Positions 1-8,831 of a stretch of DNA of 64,000 bases are shown here, in pieces. This stretch comes from Candidatus Altimarinota bacterium (GTDB taxonomy: Bacteria; Patescibacteriota; Gracilibacteria; UBA1369). The DNA lies in the NCBI GenBank assembly GCA_963677745.1, contig OY782391.1, positions 736,001 through 800,000 on the forward strand. The letters run 5' to 3'. Position numbers and translations under genes: made by a program. Below the pieces are notes generated by a model. It ran no database searches. It was given only the letters and a program-made list of their open reading frames with translations, and was not told the origin of the DNA. Each line of letters begins with the position of its first letter. Position 1 is the first letter of the stretch.

Positions 1-630
1 CATCACCGGTATTTTCCGTTTGAAAGCGGAATCCAGCAGTCCCAGGCGCAGCAAACGGTACTGCACCGCCAAAAAGTCGGCACCGCAGGTTTTCATTCTT
101 CGCCATGGCAGATATTCACTGATTTTTTGTACCAGTCTGCCCACTCCCCTTCTTCTGAATTCTTCGTTATGCCCTCCCACCCCCAGGATCAGGCCGGTCT
201 TGATTGTTGGGAAGCGTTTTTTGATGCGAAGCAGTACGCCGTCCAGAAAGCTGGTTACCACGAATTCATCGGGCTGAAAGTGTTTGAGTAACGCCAGCAT
301 CACTTTCTCCTCATAGCCTGACTCCTTTAATTCCACGATTATTTTCATCCTGTTTTCCAGCTTTTCCAGCGTCTCCTCCAGTACCGGCAGTACCAGTCCT
401 TCCTGGTTGGCCAGGGCAGCCATGTCTTCATATTGGTTGCCTCTTATCCGGACTCCCTTAATCTCGCGGTCATGAAAAACCACCAGGACATCGTCCCTTG
501 TTTTGCGGATGTCCATTTCCACCATTTCCGCGCCGACGGCGATCGCTTTCTCAAAAGCCTCCAGTGTATTGTTCTGGTCTACAATTTTGCACCCGCGATG
601 CCCGACTATGGTGTTGGTTTCAAACAACAT
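1..630 (-). CDS. Glycerophosphodiester phosphodiesterase (3' end runs off the window)
   Basis: Not in the ORF track. Manual translation from ATG at 630 gives MLFETNTIVGHRGCKIVDQNNTLEAFEKAIAVGAEMVEMDIRKTRDDVLVVFHD, containing the GDPD motifs HRG, NTLxAF, ExD and HD. Confidence 0.9.
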   Translation of the reverse strand, partial: MLFETNTIVGHRGCKIVDQNNTLEAFEKAIAVGAEMVEMDIRKTRDDVLVVFHDREIKGVRIRGNQYEDMAALANQEGLVLPVLEETLEKLENRMKIIVELKESGYEEKVMLALLKHFQPDEFVVTSFLDGVLLRIKKRFPTIKTGLILGVGGHNEEFRRRGVGRLVQKISEYLPWRRMKTCGADFLAVQYRLLRLGLLDSAFKRKIPVM

Positions 631-760
631 AACCAAAAAGTAAATACAGTTAATAATTAATCCTCCTCAGCCAAAAGCCCAAAACAAAAAGCTTGCAATA
701 ATAAAACTCTGTTGTAATATACACTCCACTCCGGAATAATGATAATTTACACGCTATATC

Positions 761-1768
761 ATGACTAATCCCCCAAAACTGACTACCCCACAGGAAAATC
801 AAGACGAGCGGCGTCTCGATTTAATTTCCGGCGTACTGGTCGATCTGGTGGATATCTGCAGATTGACTCAAACTCCCGGCATGGCTCCGTTTATCAAAAC
901 GACCTCAGGCCTGCCCATGGCTTCTTTTCGCCAGAAAATAGCCTGGCTCCTGTCTCCCGTCGAACCCGGACGGTCACATCCGGAAAAAGAAGACGTCTTG
1001 GACGGCGCTGATCTGGAAAATATAGATTCCACCGAGATTAAAGAGTTTATCGAAACTTCAGGAGAAGCCAAATTGCTCGAACACCAGAATAAAATCAGAC
1101 AATTACTGCAGACCGTGCTGGGCCACCCGCAATACCGCCAGGCAGTCCATGATTACCTGAACCAAAGTTATTCGGCCGAAGTCAGGGCCGATCATTATAA
1201 GTTTTTGTCGCATCTGGGTTTTTTGGAAATACCTTTGGTTGGCAAAGATCAAAAGTTCTACCACGGAATTTCTTTGGGAGAATTTGGCGACGATGTCGAC
1301 AATCCGGAAGAAACACAATTAAAAATGGAACAACCCGGCGATTATTTCGACAGGATCGACAAAGTTCTCAAGCAGGGAATAAGAGCCACGGAATACCCTG
1401 AAAACCTGCCCGGACTGGAGTCGATTTCCTGCTCGGAAAACATTAATTATGTTCAGGGCATTGCCGGTGTCTGGTTCCGGCTTACCGATGGGGAAAAACT
1501 TTGGGGACGCACCCTTAGCGAGGTGGAGGGCCGGCACCTGGTTCAGCCGGTTAAAAAACCTCCCTTCCATCTGGTTCTAAGATCCCCCGCCTTCTATGAC
1601 GCCAAAGACCAACTGGAAGTCAGCGACATCTTCAGTGTGGTCAACCGAAAATATTACAAAAGATTTATCAGAAAACTGATTGCCCATCTGCGCACCGCCG
1701 AATTCCCTTTCCAGATGATTGATCCGAATGGGAAAACCCGCAATCCTGGCGCAGAGGACGAGTCCTGA
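761..1768 (+). CDS. Hypothetical protein; C-terminal half possibly an ADP-ribosyltransferase-like fold
   Basis: 335-aa ORF with an upstream TTGCAA..TAATAT promoter-like sequence. FYHG...VLKQGI...ISCS pattern. Confidence 0.6.
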   Translation: MTNPPKLTTPQENQDERRLDLISGVLVDLVDICRLTQTPGMAPFIKTTSGLPMASFRQKIAWLLSPVEPGRSHPEKEDVLDGADLENIDSTEIKEFIETSGEAKLLEHQNKIRQLLQTVLGHPQYRQAVHDYLNQSYSAEVRADHYKFLSHLGFLEIPLVGKDQKFYHGISLGEFGDDVDNPEETQLKMEQPGDYFDRIDKVLKQGIRATEYPENLPGLESISCSENINYVQGIAGVWFRLTDGEKLWGRTLSEVEGRHLVQPVKKPPFHLVLRSPAFYDAKDQLEVSDIFSVVNRKYYKRFIRKLIAHLRTAEFPFQMIDPNGKTRNPGAEDES

Positions 1769-1777
1769 TCATCCCGA

Positions 1778-2713
1778 TTATAAATGTTTTTTCAGGAGCG
1801 GCCCGATGTCTATCCCGTCCAGCTCCAGTTCTACCGCCGGCTTCCCGGCCCACCCGGGATCCTGTGCTTCATACGCGGGCCGCTCTGTCCGGTAAAAAAT
1901 TCCCAGCGGTAATCGCCCGTCCTTCTTTTTCCCGCCCGCGGCCGCCTTTCCCTCAGCAGTCTCCATCGCCCTTGCCATAGCCTTCTGCCAGTCGCCGCTG
2001 TCATGACCTGCCTCTTCCAGGCTGTAAGTATTTTCACGGTAATAATCAAAGGTCTGTGCCTTATTATAGGTCACGCAGGGTTGTAAAATATCGATCAGCG
2101 CAAAGCCGGGATGTTGCAGTCCTGTCTGTATCAACTTGACCAGTTGCGGCATATTGCCTGCAAACCCCCTGGCCACAAAAGTACCGCCGGCCGACAGAGC
2201 CACCGCCAAAGGGTTCAAGGGATCGGCAACCACACCATGCGGCGTGGAAGGCGAAACAAAACCCCGGGGTGAAGTTGGCGTCATCTGTCCCTTGGTCAAT
2301 CCATAGACCTGATTATGATGTACCAGACAGGTGATATTTACATTGCGCCTGATTGCCTGCAGCAAATGTCCCAATCCTATCCCATAGGCTCCCCCATCTC
2401 CCACGCTTACCAGCACCGTCAAATCACGATTGGCAAATTTCACGCCGCTGGCACAGGGAATCGCCCGGCCGTGCAGGCTGTGCAGACCGTAAGTATTGAG
2501 CCAGTGGGGAGTTTTTCCGCTGCAGCCGATGTCCGATATATAGGCCACCTGTTCGGGGTCAATCTGCAGCCCTGACAAAGCTTGTTTTACAGCCAGCAGC
2601 ACACCGAAATTTCCGCAGCCCGCACACCAGTCCGGCCGCGCCATGGTATTAAAATCAGACAGTTGGATAAGTTCATTCCTTTTTCCTCCTTTAATTGCCG
2701 GCTGCCCGCCCAT
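1778..2713 (-). CDS. korB: 2-oxoacid:ferredoxin oxidoreductase beta subunit (TPP-binding)
   Basis: WCAGCGNFG, DIGCSG, HGRAIP, GDGG..N TPP motif, YGLTKGQ, QPCVTYN. Confidence 0.92.
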   Translation of the reverse strand: MGGQPAIKGGKRNELIQLSDFNTMARPDWCAGCGNFGVLLAVKQALSGLQIDPEQVAYISDIGCSGKTPHWLNTYGLHSLHGRAIPCASGVKFANRDLTVLVSVGDGGAYGIGLGHLLQAIRRNVNITCLVHHNQVYGLTKGQMTPTSPRGFVSPSTPHGVVADPLNPLAVALSAGGTFVARGFAGNMPQLVKLIQTGLQHPGFALIDILQPCVTYNKAQTFDYYRENTYSLEEAGHDSGDWQKAMARAMETAEGKAAAGGKKKDGRLPLGIFYRTERPAYEAQDPGWAGKPAVELELDGIDIGPLLKKHL

Positions 2714-2770
2714 GTCGGTTTTATTAATGCCAGCCTAAAATACCATCAATGCCGCCGCATTTCTACAAAA

Positions 2771-3124
2771 CTATTTTTCCAGCGACTTTAAAATATCCTC
2801 CACCGCTTTGGTATCTGCCTGTGTTTCTTTGGCCTCGGCCTCCGCCTGGTCCATCCGGTTGGTAAGGGTTTTGACAGCCATCAGATCTGTACCGATTTTA
2901 TCCATCAGCGGAGCGGTTTGCCCGTTCAGTTTTTGGTCATTCTCTTCAATACTCTGTTTTTCTTTGACCAGAGTGTCATAAAGTTGCCTGGTCAATTCAG
3001 AGTCGGGATTTTTAAGAAGCTCCAGGATCTGTGCTTTCTTATCATCTGGCAAAGCCTGCATGGAGGCCGATTTTTCGATCAAAGCCACCAGTTCCTCGAT
3101 AGTAAATTGATTTTGATTGGGCAT
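2771..3124 (-). CDS. Small helical hypothetical protein
   Basis: 117-aa charged, helical ORF, co-oriented with its neighbours. Confidence 0.7.
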   Translation of the reverse strand: MPNQNQFTIEELVALIEKSASMQALPDDKKAQILELLKNPDSELTRQLYDTLVKEKQSIEENDQKLNGQTAPLMDKIGTDLMAVKTLTNRMDQAEAEAKETQADTKAVEDILKSLEK

Positions 3125-3148
3125 GATATGCGGACAAAAATTTGTAGT

Positions 3149-4726
3149 TTAAACAGTCTGGTTTTTTCTTTCCGAAGAATAAACCTGGGCATATTGCATC
3201 GGCTGGTCTTTTTTCTGGTCTTTTGCCGGTAATGGCCTGGAAACGATCACTTCATTATGGGCCAAAGCGACTTGGGTTGGCACGGGAGTATCTGTCTCTA
3301 ACATGTAGTTGGGGAAGTTGTGTTTTTTGGAGAATGTTTTTAGCTCGGCCACCAGATTTTTGAACATATCGGAATTTGTGCCGAAAACGGTCGCTGCAGC
3401 GATGTTACTGGCCAGACTGTCAACCTTTCTGCTCACCTCTTTATCGGTAAATTCCTTATTTTCCATCATTACCGGTGGCTGATCGGCGGTCACAGCTAAG
3501 CGTTCATCGGGACTTATCCTTTCCTGGCGTCCCCACTGGGCGGCCTGTGCGTCATCTTTGGCCTTTTCATATTTCAACAATCTGGGCTGTCCCAACATTC
3601 TGGCCGATGTTTCCCCGGCGCCCTGTATCATGGTTACATATTGCAGCTTTTCGTCGGCATTTTTCTGAATGCAATTGAACTGAGTAACTTCTCTACCGTT
3701 AACCGTCGCCTCTGTCATGGTCATTACCACCATCGTTCCCACCGGACATTTTTCCGACTGCAGATATTCAAGCTGTTTTGAAAGCTCCTGTTGATTTGTC
3801 TCCAAATTCTTTTGAGTTTTCTCGCTCTCGGTAGGAGTGCTGAATTTGGCTCCTTCCACATTGGTGCTGCCGTCCAGTGCCCTGACCACGTCTACAAAAG
3901 CTTTCTTTTCTGAAGGGGCCTGGGTGGCAGTGCGTTCGGCAATATTATGTTCCACTGTGATCTGAAATCTGATGAACTTTCCATCGGTAGAGCGATCCAT
4001 AATCACCGGATCACCATCCATACTTTTTATTTCCACATGGCTTCTGTTTCCCATCAGTTTTTTTAAACCGTCCGCTTCACTTTTGTCCAAAGGTTCATCC
4101 GATACCCGCAGTCTTTCCAGTAACGCCTGATTTAATCTGGCTTCGCCGTTAACCGCCTCGGTTACACCGGGGGCGACGGTAGCTTTTTCAGCTGCTGCCG
4201 GTGCGGCAGTTGCGGCAAATTCAACAGCTCTTCTGGCAGCCAGCGGGTTAAAATCAACGCCCAACGGATCCCCGGGCAGCGGTTGATAATCTGTCTTGTT
4301 TTTATCCAGTGCGGCGAAAATTGTATCAACCTGAGTGAGAGTCCGGCTAATTGCGTCTTTGTTTGCGCTGATATTTGTTCTAACGGCTTCATCCAGTGCT
4401 TTGTAACTTTCTTTTAATTTTGCGTATGCATCGAGCACAGCCTTGTCCTTTGGCTTGTTGGCGTCGAGTGTTGTTTTGTAACCGGTTTGTTCCTTGGTCT
4501 TGCCCTGGTCTTCCTGTTTCAAAACAAACTTAGCCTCCATCTTCTTAATCTGGGTGTCTACGTCCTCACGGGCGGACATCACGATTGCCTTAATTTGATC
4601 GGGAGTCTTGTCTTTGATCGGTTCGGCCACTTCCGGAGCTTTTTGTTCGTTCTCCGCGAAACAAGCCAGTCTCTTCTCTAAAAACAGTCCTCTGTCTGAT
4701 TGTGAAAATGCCTTTAAATTTTTCAT
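3149..4726 (-). CDS. Hypothetical protein (coiled-coil N-terminus, Ala/Pro linker)
   Basis: 525-aa ORF with no recognisable catalytic motif. Confidence 0.75.
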   Translation of the reverse strand: MKNLKAFSQSDRGLFLEKRLACFAENEQKAPEVAEPIKDKTPDQIKAIVMSAREDVDTQIKKMEAKFVLKQEDQGKTKEQTGYKTTLDANKPKDKAVLDAYAKLKESYKALDEAVRTNISANKDAISRTLTQVDTIFAALDKNKTDYQPLPGDPLGVDFNPLAARRAVEFAATAAPAAAEKATVAPGVTEAVNGEARLNQALLERLRVSDEPLDKSEADGLKKLMGNRSHVEIKSMDGDPVIMDRSTDGKFIRFQITVEHNIAERTATQAPSEKKAFVDVVRALDGSTNVEGAKFSTPTESEKTQKNLETNQQELSKQLEYLQSEKCPVGTMVVMTMTEATVNGREVTQFNCIQKNADEKLQYVTMIQGAGETSARMLGQPRLLKYEKAKDDAQAAQWGRQERISPDERLAVTADQPPVMMENKEFTDKEVSRKVDSLASNIAAATVFGTNSDMFKNLVAELKTFSKKHNFPNYMLETDTPVPTQVALAHNEVIVSRPLPAKDQKKDQPMQYAQVYSSERKNQTV

Positions 4727-4821
4727 TTTTTTATTTTTACGTAAATTTATCCTCTTATCTTACCATAAAAAGCCCGTTTTTTCAACAGGTTTACCGCTTC
4801 CCGGTTAGACAATCTCTGGCT

Positions 4822-5526
4822 TTAGGCAGCTCTGTATTCCACCACGTTGGCAAATTGTGCCAGAATCGAAGTCAACTCTTCCAGTTCGGCTTCCCCGAAC
4901 CCCCTCAATCCCTCAAACTCCTCACGCAGCGTTTTGGCGTTGCGGAAGCCCTGCAGCACCCATTTGTCTGCTCCCCGGATGGCTTCTCCCATTGCCCGTA
5001 AAACATGCAGATCATGAAAATCCGGCAAAATTGTGCTGCGAAACTCGTATTCCACTCCCGATCCTTTGATCAGTTCTATGCTCCGTCGAAGTACCTCCTC
5101 CCCTACGTCGACCCCCACCAGCTCCCGGCGATAGGGTAGGGCGTCTTTCAGGTCCATGGCGATGTAATTCACCACCCCGGCCGCCAGGGCACTCTCCAGG
5201 GCCGCCGGATTGGTCCCGTTGGTGTCAAGTTTCACCTGAAAACCCAGATCGCGGACCGCTTTCATTTTATCGAGCAAATCAGGGTGAATGGTCGGTTCAC
5301 CGCCGCAAAAAACCACGCCGTCCAGCATCCCGCGGCGTTCCTTCAGAAAATTCAAAACCGTTTCAAACGGTATCGTCTGTGTCAGCTCTTTCAGTCTCTC
5401 CGGCAGGACGAATTCGGCGTTGTGACAGAAACCGCAACGCAGATTGCATCCCCCGGTGAAGAGAATGCAGGCCAGCCGGCCGGGAAAATCGGTCGCCGTA
5501 AACTTGGTCAGAGCTGTTATGATCAT
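4822..5526 (-). CDS. nrdG: Anaerobic ribonucleoside-triphosphate reductase activating protein (radical SAM)
   Basis: DFPGRLACILFTGGCNLRCGFCHN (CxxxCxxC), GGEPT, KLDTNG. Lies downstream of nrdD. Confidence 0.93.
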   Translation of the reverse strand: MIITALTKFTATDFPGRLACILFTGGCNLRCGFCHNAEFVLPERLKELTQTIPFETVLNFLKERRGMLDGVVFCGGEPTIHPDLLDKMKAVRDLGFQVKLDTNGTNPAALESALAAGVVNYIAMDLKDALPYRRELVGVDVGEEVLRRSIELIKGSGVEYEFRSTILPDFHDLHVLRAMGEAIRGADKWVLQGFRNAKTLREEFEGLRGFGEAELEELTSILAQFANVVEYRAA

Positions 5527-5975
5527 TATTGGACATGCTTTTGCTGAATTTCCGAAACCTCATTGGCGCGCCAGATCTCTTTGCCGTTCTCATCCACGGC
5601 GATCAGTGTTGGTACGCTGCGGACATTGTATTTGTCGGCGATGTCCCAGAAATTGAGCATAGTGTTATCAATGCCGAAATATTCAATACTGCTGGTCTGC
5701 AGCCAGTTTTTGACGGCCGGACACTTGGGGCAGGTATTGGTGGTGAACAAAAGCAGTTTTGGCTTGGCCGGAACGGCGCTCTCTTCTTTCAGACAGCCTC
5801 CGTATTGATGTACAAACTTGGAATTGGCCTCACAGGTGGCCTTAAAATAAACCCGGGAATAAAACTCCGATTTTTTGCCGAAATTATACTGACTGACCGG
5901 ACGATGATAGCCCATTACTCTGGTCCAAATTTCGCACTTGGTGCGGTCGGCGACTAGCGGTGTGGCGTTTTCCAT
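5526..5975 (-). CDS. Stand-alone NrdD glycyl-radical domain fused to a glutaredoxin/thioredoxin-fold domain
   Basis: N-terminus CEIWTRVMGYHRPVSQYNFGKKSEF is the NrdD RVxGY loop. C-terminus LLFTTNTCPKCPAVK...YNVRSVPTL has CxxC plus the cis-Pro motif. Confidence 0.88.
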   Translation of the reverse strand: MENATPLVADRTKCEIWTRVMGYHRPVSQYNFGKKSEFYSRVYFKATCEANSKFVHQYGGCLKEESAVPAKPKLLLFTTNTCPKCPAVKNWLQTSSIEYFGIDNTMLNFWDIADKYNVRSVPTLIAVDENGKEIWRANEVSEIQQKHVQ

Positions 5976-5981
5976 TTTTGT

Positions 5982-7802
5982 TTATTGGTTAATGAGTAAG
6001 GCTTTTTGTTTGGAGATGTGTTTGGCGCGGATTTCCGTATCCAGCTTGGCGTCACCCTGATAACCGATTTCTTCGTCGCATCTTGGACAATAGTCGTGTT
6101 CGCCGGCGATATAACCGTGCTTGGGGCAGATCGAAAAAGTCGGGGAAATGGTGATATAGGGAAGCCTGAAACTGCTCAAAGCCCGTTTTACCAGTTGACG
6201 GCAGCTTTCGGCATCATGCAGCCGTTCACCCAGATAAAGATGCAAAACTGTGCCCCCGGTATATTTGGTTTGGAAACGGTCCTGCATCTGAAGTGCTTCA
6301 AATACATCGTCGGTGTATTCCACCGGAAGCTGGGTGGAGTTGGTATAATAGGGATAATCGGTAGTGCCGGACTGGATAATATCGGGATAGCGTTTTTTAT
6401 CCTCCTTGGCGAAACGGTAGGTGGTGCCTTCGGCCGGACTGGCCTCCAGGTTGTAAAGATTGCCGGTTTCTTCCTGAAAACGGATCAGTTGCTGCCGCAT
6501 AAACAGCAGAATTTCTTCGGCGAAATCGCCGCCGAACTGGGTGGTGATATCTTCTTCCCCGCCGGTGAAGTTCTTGATGGCCTCGTTCACGCCGTTGATG
6601 CCGATGGTGGAGAAATGGTTGTTCAGGTGACCCAGATAGCGCTTGGTGAAGGGGTAAAGACCCAGATCCATCCATTTCTGGATTTCTTTTCTTTTAAGTT
6701 CCAGGGAGGTTTTGGCATATTCCATCAATTGTTCCAGCCGGGCAAAAAAGCCGACCTTGTTGCCGCGGTACAGATATCCGAGCCGGGCGGTGTTGATGGT
6801 CACCACTCCCACGCTGCCGGTCATCTCGGCGGACCCGAACAGGCCGTTTCCCCTCTTCAGCAGCTCATTCAGATCCAGCTGCAGACGGCAGCACATCGAG
6901 CGTACATGGTGGGGTTTCAGGTCGGAATTGAGGAAGTTTTGGAAATAGGGCAAGCCGTATTTGGCAGTCATTTCAAAAAGAGAATCGGTATTGGGTCCGT
7001 ACCAGTCGAATTCCGGGGTGATGTTATAGGTGGGGATGGGGAAGGTGAAAACACGCCCTTTGGCGTCGCCCCGGAGCATCACTTCAATATAAGCCTTGTT
7101 GATCATTTGCATTTCCTTTTCCAGCTCGCTGAAGGTGTATTTGAAAGGTTGTCCTCCCAAAAGCAGCCGGCGGTCTTTCAGGTCGGGGGGGCAAACCCAG
7201 TCCAGGGTAATATTGGTAAAAGGTGTCTGTGTCCCCCAGCGGGAAGGAACATTCAGGTTGAACACAAAAACCTGGATGGAGTCATAGACGTATTTATAGG
7301 TTTTTTTCTCCACATAGTCTTCCAGTGCGGCCGCGTCGGCTACCATGTCCTTGAGCTCATCACGGGTCTCCTCGGCGTACTTGCGCACATAGGGGGCCAG
7401 ATAGGTGTCGAAAGAGGAAAAGGCCTGTGCGCCCGCCCACTCGTTCTGCAGAGTGCCCAGAAAGTTGACCATCTGACCGATGGCGCCGGCCAGGTTGCGG
7501 GGAGGAGTTGAATCTATTTTATTTTCAATACCGTTAAATCCTTCTTCCAGCAGTTGCCGGAGAGACCAGCCGGCGCAGTATCCGGAAAACATGTCCAGAT
7601 CATGTATATGAAAGTCCCCTTCGCGATGGGCCTTGCCGACTTCTTCAGGGTAAATATAGGATAGCCAGTAGTTGGCGGTAACTTTTCCGGATGTGTTTAG
7701 AATCATCCCGCCCAAAGAATATCCCTGGTTGGAATTCGCGTTTACGCGCCAGTCGGATTTCGAGAGATACTCCTCCAGAGTCTCCCTTGCCTCAATCGCC
7801 AT
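5982..7802 (-). CDS. nrdD: Class III ribonucleotide reductase catalytic core (no ATP cone, no glycyl-radical loop)
   Basis: DWRVNANSN, HIHDL, GYCAGW, SMCCRL, NLEASPAE, YTGG, CPKHGY..CPRC. ATG at 7802 is preferred because the GTG at 7826 falls inside an NrdR box. Confidence 0.93.
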   Translation of the reverse strand: MAIEARETLEEYLSKSDWRVNANSNQGYSLGGMILNTSGKVTANYWLSYIYPEEVGKAHREGDFHIHDLDMFSGYCAGWSLRQLLEEGFNGIENKIDSTPPRNLAGAIGQMVNFLGTLQNEWAGAQAFSSFDTYLAPYVRKYAEETRDELKDMVADAAALEDYVEKKTYKYVYDSIQVFVFNLNVPSRWGTQTPFTNITLDWVCPPDLKDRRLLLGGQPFKYTFSELEKEMQMINKAYIEVMLRGDAKGRVFTFPIPTYNITPEFDWYGPNTDSLFEMTAKYGLPYFQNFLNSDLKPHHVRSMCCRLQLDLNELLKRGNGLFGSAEMTGSVGVVTINTARLGYLYRGNKVGFFARLEQLMEYAKTSLELKRKEIQKWMDLGLYPFTKRYLGHLNNHFSTIGINGVNEAIKNFTGGEEDITTQFGGDFAEEILLFMRQQLIRFQEETGNLYNLEASPAEGTTYRFAKEDKKRYPDIIQSGTTDYPYYTNSTQLPVEYTDDVFEALQMQDRFQTKYTGGTVLHLYLGERLHDAESCRQLVKRALSSFRLPYITISPTFSICPKHGYIAGEHDYCPRCDEEIGYQGDAKLDTEIRAKHISKQKALLINQ

Positions 7803-7822
7803 GCTTAAAATTGTTAAAGTAG

Positions 7823-7870
7823 CCACATTATCTGGTGGAGGCGGCTACGAATCAATACTAGATATAGTAT
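7823..7870. promoter_or_regulatory. Tandem NrdR boxes upstream of nrdD
   Basis: ccacattatctggtgg (7823-7838) and atactagatatagtat (7855-7870) match the acaCwAtATaTwGtgt consensus. Their starts are 32 bp apart, the typical tandem spacing. Confidence 0.8.
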
Positions 7871-8001
7871 TTCCTTTTGACCAAAGAGGTGAAATTATTT
7901 CTACCATTAATTGGAGGCAAGGAAAGGGCTTAGGGTAGCGAACAAAAAATTAGAGCAAGGTTTGACGGTTTGGGAAGATTCTTGGGCGGTGGGATTTTTC
8001 T

Positions 8002-8823
8002 TCACAAACAAGAGATTTGTTTTGTGATTGCCGGAAAATTTGGGTAGTCATCCAGCAGTTGCCTTGACCTGATTGCATGTTTTAAAACTTTTGAGGAGAA
8101 GATTTGGGACTCCGTATTTTGATAAGGGGTGGAACCGTCTCCAATGGAAATTAAGGGAGGATAGTTTTCCTGGCAAACTGCAGACACCAAACTTTCAGTG
8201 GTGGGAAATTCAAAACTGCAGGGGTATGGTTCTTCTCCGGCCAGGGCGTTGAAAAGATTGTATCTCTCCACCACGATTAAGTCATAAGCATCTCCCGTAG
8301 AGGTTAGTTCTGCTATCTTTTTGGCCATTTTCCCAAAGGTGTCGACTTTTGTTTTGTCTCCTTGGGTGTCCCAGGACGGTCCATCAATAGCCTCGCCGGA
8401 TGGTGAAATCAGCGTCGCGTCAGCACCGAGAGAAACTAACTGAGCGTGAAGATCATCCTCCGCAGAAACATCCAGAACCCTCATACCTTCTAAAACCCGC
8501 CTTTTTTGCAAAGTGGGAAAAGGCAGCACGATGCGATAACCGTCTCTTGTCTGTGGCGACAAAACCTTTTCCAGTCTCTGCCTAAGTATAAAGCTCATAG
8601 TTGTCAGCAAAAGAGAGTCTTCAAAGGACAACCAAATTTCTTCATCTTCCGGTACAGGTCGGTACAGATTATCCAGAACCGGATAGGAATCATCAAAAAA
8701 GACAAAACGGCACTGTCTGGGGTCATTGGCTTTCTCGGAAGCGGGCAACTCGGTTTCCTGATAGAGACTGCGAATTATCAGGTCCGTTGCTTCATCGTTT
8801 TCTTTTAATAAGCGTTTGGCCAT
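8002..8823 (-). CDS. Hypothetical protein, weak resemblance to a degenerate class I methyltransferase fold
   Basis: 273-aa ORF. LEGMRVLDVSA and YDLIV resemble SAM-MTase strands, but the GxG motif is missing. Confidence 0.6.
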   Translation of the reverse strand: MAKRLLKENDEATDLIIRSLYQETELPASEKANDPRQCRFVFFDDSYPVLDNLYRPVPEDEEIWLSFEDSLLLTTMSFILRQRLEKVLSPQTRDGYRIVLPFPTLQKRRVLEGMRVLDVSAEDDLHAQLVSLGADATLISPSGEAIDGPSWDTQGDKTKVDTFGKMAKKIAELTSTGDAYDLIVVERYNLFNALAGEEPYPCSFEFPTTESLVSAVCQENYPPLISIGDGSTPYQNTESQIFSSKVLKHAIRSRQLLDDYPNFPAITKQISCL

Positions 8824-8831
8824 TTGAAAAT

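Noticed and set aside
6006-7511. Long antisense ORFs (501 aa here; also 24484-25644, 29046-30077, 36501-37505, 60350-61378)
   Set aside because: They are shadow frames of well-supported genes on the opposite strand and carry no motifs of their own.
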